Below are positions 16,424 through 23,645 of a stretch of 64,000 bases of DNA, in pieces. Under the pieces are notes generated by a model. It saw only the letters and a program-made list of their open reading frames with translations, was not told the origin of the DNA and searched no databases. This stretch comes from Candidatus Woesebacteria bacterium GW2011_GWB1_39_12 (GTDB lineage: Bacteria > Patescibacteriota > Microgenomatia > UBA8517): positions 37,777 to 101,776 of the forward strand of contig LBWB01000012.1 of NCBI GenBank assembly GCA_000993405.1, given 5' to 3'. Both the position numbers and the translations under genes were made by a program. How positions within the stretch are numbered: position 1 is the first letter of the stretch; each line of letters starts with the position of its first letter.

Positions 16424-17356
16424 ATGAGTGAGAGAGGAAAAGATAAAAAAATTGTAAATGCCAGAAGTACAATCGCGCATCTTGGAAGAAAAGAGCATCT
16501 TACATCCAAAGAAGAAGATAGATTAGATAAAGCTAAAAAAATTACAAGACGACAATTTTTTAAACGGGCCGGAGTTTTAACCGGTGGTGCAGCTCTAACC
16601 GTAATTGGCGGTGGTGCAGCTTATAAAATTGTAGAAAATTTGACAAAGAGTGAAAGTGATGAAGAGGTTGTTACCGGATATGAGAAGGCATTAAATTCTG
16701 TTGTCGAAGGCGATTCAGAGGGAGAAAAATTACTTGATTTTTACAGAGACAGGAAGCGGGACGCCCATATAGAGGGCGATGTTATTTATGCTGATGAAGA
16801 AGGGGACTTAGATAGTAACTTCTGGGTGGTGGTGGATAGAGGTGGAGAATTTAAATCAAATAGAGTTACGGGAATTTCAGAATATAGCCAAGATAATAAT
16901 TTATTGAGAGTTAGATCCTTTGAATCAACTGATGACTTCAAGGGAACCTTGCTCGCACATGAACTGAAACACGCTTATGACGATATTATGCAGATAGAAG
17001 GTCCGGATGAGAATTCATTTTACCGTTCTGAAGCAGAGGCATATGATTTTGAATTTCGATTATTAGATAATGTTTCGGGGAAGCGTTTTATAGGTGTACT
17101 TCAGGAACAGTCACGGTCTATTGAACCGGGAAAGTTTAGGGGTAGATTGTCAGATGAAAATTTTATTTCCTTGAATGATTTATTTCTTGACGCTGTAAGC
17201 AAAGAAGAATTAAATCATAGAGTAGTAGTGTATACAATCGCACTAAATTTTGCCGCCATCGGATTAAGATCTGATATCGCCGATGTTGCACAACAAAAAG
17301 CGGAATATATTCGTGCGATTTATTCTCAAGATATCCCAATATTACCCCTTGATTAA
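16424..17356 (+). CDS. Tat-signal secreted HExxH metallopeptidase-like protein
   Basis: Twin-arginine motif TRRQFFKRAG followed by a hydrophobic h-region, and HELKH (HExxH). The ATG at 16424 is preferred over the TTG at 16385. Confidence 0.5.
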   Translation: MSERGKDKKIVNARSTIAHLGRKEHLTSKEEDRLDKAKKITRRQFFKRAGVLTGGAALTVIGGGAAYKIVENLTKSESDEEVVTGYEKALNSVVEGDSEGEKLLDFYRDRKRDAHIEGDVIYADEEGDLDSNFWVVVDRGGEFKSNRVTGISEYSQDNNLLRVRSFESTDDFKGTLLAHELKHAYDDIMQIEGPDENSFYRSEAEAYDFEFRLLDNVSGKRFIGVLQEQSRSIEPGKFRGRLSDENFISLNDLFLDAVSKEELNHRVVVYTIALNFAAIGLRSDIADVAQQKAEYIRAIYSQDIPILPLD

Positions 17357-17448
17357 CAATTTAATGCCATTTTGAAAGGAACTTGACTTAATGTGGCATT
17401 CTTATGTCACCTTCAAAGTATGATACAAGTAAGTAAATCAGGATTTTT

Positions 17449-17506
17449 CTCCAAATTCGACACTTAGACGTGACTAAGTGCAAGCCCATAATCCATTCGA
17501 CAAGCT
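17449..17506 (+). repeat. motif copy h, degenerate (CTCCAAATTCGACA ... CCCATAATCCATTCGACAAGCT)
   Basis: Lies in the convergent gap between the metallopeptidase gene and the minus-strand HD gene. Confidence 0.6.
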
Positions 17507-17517
17507 CCGAAATATTT

Positions 17518-18075
17518 TTAAATTTTCTTTGCTCTTTTCAAATCTCTTTTCTCAAGTTCCTTAAATATCTTGCTGCCGTTTTTGGATTTAAAAACAGGTT
17601 TATAATTTTCAAAAAAAGTATCCAAAACTTTTGTATCTTGTGTTTCTTCTTCAAATACTTCTCCCTGAAGTAAGGTTTCAAGCTTATCGGCTTCCCTCGC
17701 AATTTGGGATTCTTTAGTCTTCATAGAATTAAATTCATTGAATAAATTCATATATTCTTTTTTAATTACGGAAGGTAGTTCGTTGAAAACAGTCCTTTTT
17801 GCTTTCTCTTCCATTAATCGCTTCTTGTCATAATTACCGGAGGGGGGAATAACGTCATCCATTTTTGCCATCACCCAATCGTGAACTAATAATATCTTGA
17901 CTACTTTCTCTGAATTTACCTTCTCAAGTTTTGCCAAGTAGAGACCAATGCACATTGCCCCAAAAATGTGAGAGGCCAGATCATCCGAATCCATTCCTTT
18001 GTAAATCCAACCCTGGCGCTTGGTCTTCTTTAAAACTGAAATGATTGAGTACAAGTCCTTTATAGTTTTCATCAT
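17518..18075 (-). CDS. HD-domain phosphohydrolase (YfbR-like 5'-deoxynucleotidase family)
   Basis: H...HD...D pattern: SHIFGAMCIG, LLVHDWVMAKMDD, READKLETLLQ. Confidence 0.6.
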   Translation of the reverse strand: MMKTIKDLYSIISVLKKTKRQGWIYKGMDSDDLASHIFGAMCIGLYLAKLEKVNSEKVVKILLVHDWVMAKMDDVIPPSGNYDKKRLMEEKAKRTVFNELPSVIKKEYMNLFNEFNSMKTKESQIAREADKLETLLQGEVFEEETQDTKVLDTFFENYKPVFKSKNGSKIFKELEKRDLKRAKKI

Positions 18076-18120
18076 ACAATTTTAGCACTTGTAGATTCAT
18101 TTTTCGATAAACTCCAGTTT

Positions 18121-18139
18121 CTTCAAATTTGACCCTGCA
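18121..18139 (+). repeat. motif copy i (CTTCAAATTTGACCCTGCA)
   Basis: Start of the duplicated segment (copy 2). Confidence 0.8.
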
Positions 18140-18220
18140 ATTTTTTAGAGCGTTTTTTTCTACAAACTCCGCAACCCCTGTTTTGTTGACAAGCCCTGAA
18201 ATAAGTTTTAAAGTTTTACA

Positions 18221-18445
18221 ATGAACGACGAAAGGGTAGGAGAGCACCGCATTCCTAAAAACACAATTGTTGATAGGGGAGGGTATATCGGCGCAGGAGG
18301 CAGAATCAACGCCGAGCTTGTGCGACCACCCGAAGTCGTTCCTCCTATAAATCCGCCTGTCGCAGCATCGCTCACAACAGAGACGCCACCCGCTGTTCCC
18401 CCGCAACTATCTGGAAACGAAAACCCACCACTCACAACGTATTAG
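18221..18445 (+). CDS. small Pro-rich protein, paralog copy 2 (74 aa)
   Basis: See 14674..14871. A 9-aa insertion (EVVPPINPP) preserves the frame. Confidence 0.5.
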   Translation: MNDERVGEHRIPKNTIVDRGGYIGAGGRINAELVRPPEVVPPINPPVAASLTTETPPAVPPQLSGNENPPLTTY

Positions 18446-18457
18446 TAGTAATATTTT

Positions 18458-18551
18458 CTTCAAATCCTTCGGCAAGTTATAACAGTGAGCGTTGTCGAAC
18501 TGCTCAGGACTATAGTCCTTCGGTTTTACTCAGGATCACGATTCTTCGACT
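18458..18551 (+). repeat. motif copy j, long form variant (CTTCAAAT-CCTTCGGCAAGTTATAACAGTGAGCGTTGTCGAACTGCTCAGGACTATAG-TCCTTCGG...), with a tail shared with copy f
   Basis: Starts 13 nt after the stop. It is ~95% identical to 15545..15625 and lacks the terminal TTTGACCCCA. Confidence 0.75.
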
Positions 18552-18583
18552 TTTATTTATTGAAGCAGTATAATCGCCATAGA

Positions 18584-18976
18584 ATGTTGGAATCAAAATC
18601 GTCCATAAATCAGGGACTGGCAGAAATATATAAAGAGGCATGTCAAAACCTTGGTAGGTATTTAGACGGTTTGAATCATGGTGTTGCAAGGTCGTATAAA
18701 GGACGTATGAGGCAAGAAACGGTACGACAAGAGGTTGAAGAGTACGGGCAGGAATCTCTTTACCATACTTTCGAAACACCGTACGTTCAGGGATATGGTT
18801 TGGTTGTCTCGACTTTAAATATTTTAGAAAGGTTAAATGTTCATACAAATACCGATCTTTTAGGATTAGATATAGAGAACGCCGAAAAGCAAAACAGAGA
18901 CTTTGGCGATAAAAAAGTAGAATTGGTTGGCCTTTTCAAAGAAATAGTCAGAGCACAAAAAGACTTAGAAGAGTAG
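18584..18976 (+). CDS. hypothetical protein (130 aa from MLESKSS)
   Basis: ATG at 18584 with TATAAT 9 nt upstream. The ORF-track GTG start at 18485 lies inside the repeat and is rejected. Confidence 0.45.
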   Translation: MLESKSSINQGLAEIYKEACQNLGRYLDGLNHGVARSYKGRMRQETVRQEVEEYGQESLYHTFETPYVQGYGLVVSTLNILERLNVHTNTDLLGLDIENAEKQNRDFGDKKVELVGLFKEIVRAQKDLEE

Positions 18977-18982
18977 TATTAT

Positions 18983-18999
18983 CTCCAAATTTGACCCCA
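18983..18999 (+). repeat. motif copy k (CTCCAAATTTGACCCCA)
   Basis: Starts 7 nt after the stop. Confidence 0.85.
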
Positions 19000-19065
19000 C
19001 ATTATTAGTATTAAATATTGAGTATATCGTAGTTATGGAATGTTGTGGGTGATATACTTTAGCCT

Positions 19066-19632
19066 ATGAAGAGGGCAATAATTGTTCACTGTTGGGAAGG
19101 GTATCCTAAGTATTGTTGGTATCCTCAAACTAAAAAGGAGTTAGAAGAGGAAGGTTTTGAAGTAGAAGTTCCAGAGATGCCTGAAACTGCAAATCCTAAA
19201 CTTTCTGGGTGGCTTTCCAAGCTTAAAGATATAGTTCAAACTCCTGATAAAAATCTCTTTTTAGTCGGGCACAGTTTAGGCTGTATAACCATAATGAGAT
19301 ATTTGGAAAGCTTAAAAGAGGGCAAGAAAGTGGGAGGAGTAGTTTTTGTGGCGGGATTTACGGATGATTTGGGTTATAAGGAACTCACAAACTTTTTCAC
19401 TGAAACGATTGATTTTGAAAAGATTAGAGAAAAATCTGATAGTTTTTATGCAATAAATTCCGATGACGACCCATACGTTTCTCTTAAATACGCTGATATT
19501 TTGAAAGAAAAACTCGGAGCGATATCGATAATAAAGCATAATATGAAGCATTTCTCAGGACCAATAGACAATGAAGACAGCTGTCTTTCTATTCCGGAAG
19601 TTACAAAGTCCATCATAAAGATGGCGAGGTGA
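19066..19632 (+). CDS. RBBP9/YdeN-like alpha/beta serine hydrolase
   Basis: ~190 aa with IIVHCWEG at the N-terminus and the nucleophile elbow GHSLG. Confidence 0.7.
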   Translation: MKRAIIVHCWEGYPKYCWYPQTKKELEEEGFEVEVPEMPETANPKLSGWLSKLKDIVQTPDKNLFLVGHSLGCITIMRYLESLKEGKKVGGVVFVAGFTDDLGYKELTNFFTETIDFEKIREKSDSFYAINSDDDPYVSLKYADILKEKLGAISIIKHNMKHFSGPIDNEDSCLSIPEVTKSIIKMAR

Positions 19633-19634
19633 TT

Positions 19635-19651
19635 CTTCAAATTTGACCCCA
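19635..19651 (+). repeat. motif copy l (CTTCAAATTTGACCCCA)
   Basis: Starts 3 nt after the stop. Confidence 0.85.
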
Positions 19652-19696
19652 TATTGCTTCACCAGAATAAGGCGATTATAGCTCAACTGGATGAGT

Positions 19697-19930
19697 TTAT
19701 ACTATTGGTCGATGGGGTAACCTGGCACGAGTGGCTCTCGATACGGCATTGGGGTTAGTTGCATTACCAACTGCACCTATAACTTCATCTACACTGAAAG
19801 GTTCGGGAGTTAAGGCTTGAATTACATCTAACTTGGCTAGCTCTGCGGAATCTCTCGGGTCTTCCGGTTGAACGTGTTGGTATCTTTGGATTACTTCTCT
19901 TGTAAGAGGAGCTTCAATTCTTAAAGTCAT
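19697..19930 (-). CDS. hypothetical 77-aa protein (minus strand, locally higher GC)
   Basis: The ORF sits in a GC-richer patch. It is the only minus-strand ORF in this gap and has no motifs. Confidence 0.3.
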   Translation of the reverse strand: MTLRIEAPLTREVIQRYQHVQPEDPRDSAELAKLDVIQALTPEPFSVDEVIGAVGNATNPNAVSRATRARLPHRPIV

Positions 19931-19966
19931 TAGTTGTTCGTATTATAAGGATAGAATTAAGATTTT

Positions 19967-19981
19967 GCAAATTTGACCCCC
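19967..19981 (+). repeat. motif copy m (GCAAATTTGACCCCC)
   Basis: Short form. Confidence 0.8.
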
Positions 19982-20036
19982 GACCGTAGAAATTAAACGA
20001 TAGTTTCGTTTGAATATTCTATGTTAAGATTAACTA

Positions 20037-20402
20037 ATGAAACGCAGATTGCCGTATATTATTATTTTTATTTTATTTATAGCAATTTTAATTTTTCTGT
20101 ATTTTTTATTTAGTATGAATTATGTTCCTAAGAATAAGGAACTGAAATTTACGAATTCTCCACTTAATTATTGTTCGTCCAATTTTGATTGTTATATTTA
20201 CAGTTATGATTCATGCCAGTGTCCGACCAGTGTTGTTGTGAATAAGAAATATAAAGATTCCCCTGAGCTGTATAATAATTTTCCTATTACTCCCTCCGAA
20301 GAATGTCTTATTGCTTGTACTCCTGGAAGCTCTTTTCCCAAAAATGCTTATTGTGTTAATGGTAAGTGCGGTATTGAATACGAGAAATTGTTTGAAAAAT
20401 GA
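20037..20402 (+). CDS. small secreted Cys-rich protein (hypothetical)
   Basis: N-terminal signal/TM helix and 10 Cys in the mature part. Confidence 0.5.
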   Translation: MKRRLPYIIIFILFIAILIFLYFLFSMNYVPKNKELKFTNSPLNYCSSNFDCYIYSYDSCQCPTSVVVNKKYKDSPELYNNFPITPSEECLIACTPGSSFPKNAYCVNGKCGIEYEKLFEK

Positions 20403-20444
20403 CTTAAGATTTGTAACAATTGAGATTATTCATCCGTGAAATAT

Positions 20445-20461
20445 CCTTCAAATTTGACCCT
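20445..20461 (+). repeat. motif copy n (CCTTCAAATTTGACCCT)
   Basis: Begins the duplicated coiled-coil cassette (20445..20822, similar to 13231..13613). Confidence 0.8.
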
Positions 20462-20531
20462 ACTTTTGGTATCTAGTATTTAGGAATAATTTGCGTTGAC
20501 GGTGAGTCTTTCATATAGTTTAATAGGGATT

Positions 20532-20819
20532 ATGGACGACGTTAAGAAAATGTTTAGAGTAATTGTTAACGGGCAGAGTGCAATAAAGCAAGAGTTGCTT
20601 TCGGAAATTAAGAAAGTAGACAAGAGCTTGAGCGGCAGAATTGATAGTTTAACTACAGAAATGAAAGAAGGGTTTAAGAAAGTAAACAAACATCTTGATA
20701 TGATTGGAAAGAGTGTTGCTTTTCTTGAAGACGACACACCGACCTGGGAGGAACATGATGAATTAGAAAAGCGGGTTACTAAAGTTGAGAAAAAACTTCA
20801 GATTCAAGCACATATTTAA
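20532..20819 (+). CDS. small coiled-coil protein, paralog copy 2
   Basis: See 13323..13610. Confidence 0.55.
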   Translation: MDDVKKMFRVIVNGQSAIKQELLSEIKKVDKSLSGRIDSLTTEMKEGFKKVNKHLDMIGKSVAFLEDDTPTWEEHDELEKRVTKVEKKLQIQAHI

Positions 20820-20826
20820 ATATGCT

Positions 20827-20869
20827 CTCCAAATCCTTCAGTATTATTCAGGACTGTAGTTTGACCACA
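20827..20869 (+). repeat. motif copy o, intermediate form (CTCCAAAT-CCTTCAGTATTATTCAGGACTGTAG-TTTGACCACA)
   Basis: Starts 8 nt after the stop and has a shortened insert. Confidence 0.7.
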
Positions 20870-20928
20870 AAACCCCCAGCCGTTTCTTTCACGCGCCCTA
20901 TTATGAGAGTTGTTGAAACTATTGGTGA

Positions 20929-21226
20929 AGTTATTTAATCGCGTCTCGAACCGCCTCCTCCTCTGTTGTCGTTTCCGCCCGAAGATCTCTCTTCTCGCGG
21001 TCTTGCTTCGTTAACAACTATTTTTCTTCCGCCAAGCTCCGTACCGTTTAACTCTTTTATTGCTTTATCTGCATTTGCATCGTCTGCAAACTCAACAAAA
21101 GCAAACCCCTTTCCTTGATTCGTAAACTTGTCGGTAATAACGTCAGCCGTAGTAACTTCTCCTATTTTCGAAAAAAGTTCCAGAAGCCCGTGAAACCTAT
21201 ACCTGAAGTATCGATTTAGTGCCTAT
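20929..21226 (-). pseudogene. RRM-type (RNP-1/RNP-2) RNA-binding protein gene, apparently 5'-truncated with no in-frame start
   Basis: The minus-strand translation ...GLLELFSKIGEVTTADVITDKFTNQGKGFAFVEFADDANADKAIKELNGTELGGRKIVVNEARPREERSSGGNDNRGGGGSRRD* contains RNP-1 (KGFAFVEF). The RNP-2 region is garbled, and no ATG/GTG/TTG precedes the in-frame stop. Confidence 0.5.
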
Positions 21227-21360
21227 CAGAATGGATTCGTAACCTTAAGCTGTATTATATCTTAATTGGTTCCATAATTCCTAATAATCGGTTGTAGTAG
21301 AAATTTAACCCCACATAAAATGCTTCATTCTTCCTAAAGTTTTTTTAAGCCGATTTCCAG

Positions 21361-21374
21361 CAAATTTGACATTA
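21361..21374 (+). repeat. motif copy p, degenerate (CAAATTTGACATTA)
   Basis: Short form with the CCCCA tail lost. Confidence 0.6.
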
Positions 21375-21420
21375 GTTGATTTATTTCTATATAATGACTT
21401 TTTATATAAAAGTTTCAGTT

Positions 21421-22164
21421 ATGAAAGGTAAATTAGTTTTATTAACATCTCTCCTTACTTCATTTATTCTTCTTTTTTATGTCGCAACCGGTGTTAGGGC
21501 TGAAAATCCAAAAGAACAAGTTGGTCGCGGACCATTAACCAAGATTACCTTTATTCATTACAAGAAAGCGTTTGCCAAACCGCCTTGGGCAGGCGGGAAC
21601 AACACAACAGCGGTAAAGTGTTACGGTTTTTTGGCAAGAGGTGCAAAATGGAAAATCCAGGAGCCGTATTATGTAAACCCAACAGACTCCGGTCTAAGTT
21701 CCTCATTTGTCGAGAATGCAGTTACCACTGGAGTTGGTGAATGGGAGAATTATGCAGGAAACGTGTTCGGAAACGGAAACGTTGATGCGAGCGCAAGCTA
21801 TAACGAGGGCAATCTCGATGGAGTAAATACGGCTTCGTTCGGTTCATATCCTGATAACGCTGTCATTGCCGTAACCAACGTTTGGGGATATTTCGGCGGT
21901 CCACCTCAAACCAGAGAATTGGTCGAATGGGATATGCTTTTTAACAACTCTTCGGAATGGACCTGGGGAGATGGACTAGGTGATCCGACACTGATGGACG
22001 TACAAAATATTGCTACTCATGAACTCGGACATAGTTTCGGCATGGCCGATCTTTATGATACGTCGTGTAACTTGGAAACAATGTATGGTTACTCAACCGA
22101 AGGCGAGACTTCAAAACGGGATTTAAATTCTGGTGATATTCAAGGAATCCAAGAGTTATACTAA
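21421..22164 (+). CDS. secreted metzincin-like zinc metalloprotease
   Basis: Signal peptide, HELGHSFGMAD (HExxHxxGxxD), and a Met-turn candidate (ETMYGYS). Confidence 0.65.
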   Translation: MKGKLVLLTSLLTSFILLFYVATGVRAENPKEQVGRGPLTKITFIHYKKAFAKPPWAGGNNTTAVKCYGFLARGAKWKIQEPYYVNPTDSGLSSSFVENAVTTGVGEWENYAGNVFGNGNVDASASYNEGNLDGVNTASFGSYPDNAVIAVTNVWGYFGGPPQTRELVEWDMLFNNSSEWTWGDGLGDPTLMDVQNIATHELGHSFGMADLYDTSCNLETMYGYSTEGETSKRDLNSGDIQGIQELY

Positions 22165-22210
22165 AGAACTTCTACAAATTTCACTCCAAGGAAAAATTAA
22201 TAGTTAATTA

Positions 22211-22477
22211 TCATATACAAGTTGGAACTTTATCTCCCGGCAAAGTTAAGCAGATGAAGTAACAATTAGCCAGACAAGCGCCTCGAGGACACCCCAGTTC
22301 TGCCCCTTTTATACATATGGGATATTTGTTTTTGCAACTCGTTCGACACAAGTTTTTTCTTACTAATAAAATAGTTGTTACTAAAAAAGTTAATAAGGTA
22401 AGGATAAATATTATAATTAAAAAAATTTTATATATCTTCACAACCTTAATATTAGAAGCGATAGAGAATAAATTCAA
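22211..22477 (-). CDS. small Cys-rich membrane protein (hypothetical)
   Basis: 88 aa, with an N-terminal TM helix and 9 Cys. Confidence 0.3.
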   Translation of the reverse strand: MNLFSIASNIKVVKIYKIFLIIIFILTLLTFLVTTILLVRKNLCRTSCKNKYPICIKGAELGCPRGACLANCYFICLTLPGDKVPTCI

Positions 22478-22481
22478 CTTT

Positions 22482-22498
22482 CTTCAAAATTGACCCCG
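22482..22498 (+). repeat. motif copy q (CTTCAAAATTGACCCCG)
   Basis: Short form, upstream of BrnT. Confidence 0.8.
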
Positions 22499-22526
22499 TT
22501 GTTTGATATGGCAAAAGGTATGGTAA

Positions 22527-22826
22527 TATGGTAATATCCTTACAGATACGACTTTTGAGTGGGATGAGGATAAAAATACTAAGAATCTGAAGAAGCATGG
22601 TGTCGACTTTGAAACTGCCCAATACGCTTTTCTAGACGAAAGACGTGTAATTGCAAAAGATTTAGCACATAGTAAAGAAGAAGAACGGTATTATTGTTTC
22701 GGTAAAGTAAAAGGAGGTGTAATAACTGTCCGGTTTACCTATCGAGATAATCGTATCCGGATAATCGGAGCAGATTATTGGAGAAGGGGCAGAAAAATAT
22801 ATGAAAAAGAAAATAAAATATTCTAA
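22527..22826 (+). CDS. brnT: BrnT-like toxin (DUF497 ribonuclease fold); the ORF lacks a canonical in-frame start codon
   Basis: Translation TTFEWDEDKNTKNLKKHGVDFETAQYAFLDERRVIAKDLAHSKEEERYYCFGKVKGGVITVRFTYRDNRIRIIGADYWRR... matches the BrnT family. It overlaps brnA by 26 nt. An 8-bp tandem duplication, TGGTAATATGGTAATA, lies at the 5' end. Confidence 0.55.
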   Translation, partial: YGNILTDTTFEWDEDKNTKNLKKHGVDFETAQYAFLDERRVIAKDLAHSKEEERYYCFGKVKGGVITVRFTYRDNRIRIIGADYWRRGRKIYEKENKIF

Positions 22827-23028
22827 CGAGCCTGTTGAGGCAAAGGTAATCGATGATTTTCTACCCAGCCCGGAAGAGTTGGTTTTAAAAGAAAAGAAAA
22901 CCAAAATAACGCTTACTCTTACAGAAAAAAGTCTCAAATTCTTTAAAGACAGTGCCAAGAAACAGGGAGCATCTTATCAAGCAATGATCAGAAGACTAAT
23001 TGATTATTACGTAGCAAATCAAATTTAA
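22801..23028 (+). CDS. brnA: BrnA-like antitoxin (RHH/CopG-like)
   Basis: DDFLPSPEEL...KITLTLTEKSLKFFKDSAKKQGASYQAMIRRLIDYY matches the BrnA pattern. It is downstream of and overlapping BrnT. Confidence 0.65.
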   Translation: MKKKIKYSNEPVEAKVIDDFLPSPEELVLKEKKTKITLTLTEKSLKFFKDSAKKQGASYQAMIRRLIDYYVANQI

Positions 23029-23055
23029 AACACTTCTATCTGGGCATTTTTCTTT

Positions 23056-23082
23056 CCTTCAAAGTGCACAAATCTGACCCCA
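23056..23082 (+). repeat. motif copy r (CCTTCAAAGTGCACAAATCTGACCCCA)
   Basis: Last copy. It starts ~27 nt after the brnA stop. Confidence 0.7.
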
Positions 23083-23177
23083 CAAAGAAGTTATTGTACA
23101 GACCATTCGTTGTTACGAGTAACCGAAATTTGTGAAAAAAACTTGGAAATATGTCCGGAAAGGGATAGAATTAGTCT

Positions 23178-23576
23178 ATGAAAGGTTTTAAGGGAAATAT
23201 TGAAGAACTTACTTTGAAAAACGGGAATTTTAGAAAGGTTCTCTATACGGCCAAGTTTAGTCAGTTGGTTTTGATGAGTCTAAAACCAAATGAGGAAATT
23301 GGTGAAGAAATTCATGAAGACACAGATCAGTTTTTTCGTGTAGAGACAGGAGAAGGTAAAGTAATTATTGACGGAAATGAGTACGAAGTTGAAGACGGTT
23401 CTGCTGTTGTTGTTCCGGCTGGGGCCAAACATAATGTAATCAATACCTCAAGTACCGAAGACTTAAAGCTTTATACTATTTATTCTCCTGCTCATCACAA
23501 AGACGGGATAGTCCATTCAACAAAAGCTCAAGCTGAGGCGGATTCCGAACACTTTGACGGACAAACCACTGAATAA
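23178..23576 (+). CDS. cupin-domain protein
   Basis: Cupin_2-like GEEIHEDTDQFF...AVVVPAGAKHNVIN (two His-containing motifs). Confidence 0.6.
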   Translation: MKGFKGNIEELTLKNGNFRKVLYTAKFSQLVLMSLKPNEEIGEEIHEDTDQFFRVETGEGKVIIDGNEYEVEDGSAVVVPAGAKHNVINTSSTEDLKLYTIYSPAHHKDGIVHSTKAQAEADSEHFDGQTTE

Positions 23577-23645
23577 AATTGAGTATAGATTAAGGGACTT
23601 TGTTTCTACCAAAAGTGTTTAAGCTATTGTACAATTAGCCACAAT

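Noticed and set aside
17470-17673. + strand 67-aa ORF
   Set aside because: It is antisense to the 3' end of the HD-domain gene and is low-complexity and hydrophobic.
18485-18583. GTG start at 18485 for the ORF ending at 18976
   Set aside because: It lies inside the long-form repeat shared with 15545..15625. The ATG at 18584, with TATAAT 9 nt upstream, is a far more plausible start.
13231-23082. Possible CRISPR array, because of the many short direct repeats
   Set aside because: The repeats are 14-68 nt long and heterogeneous. They are spaced 300-1100 nt apart, and every interval holds a protein-coding ORF, so this is not a CRISPR repeat-spacer structure.
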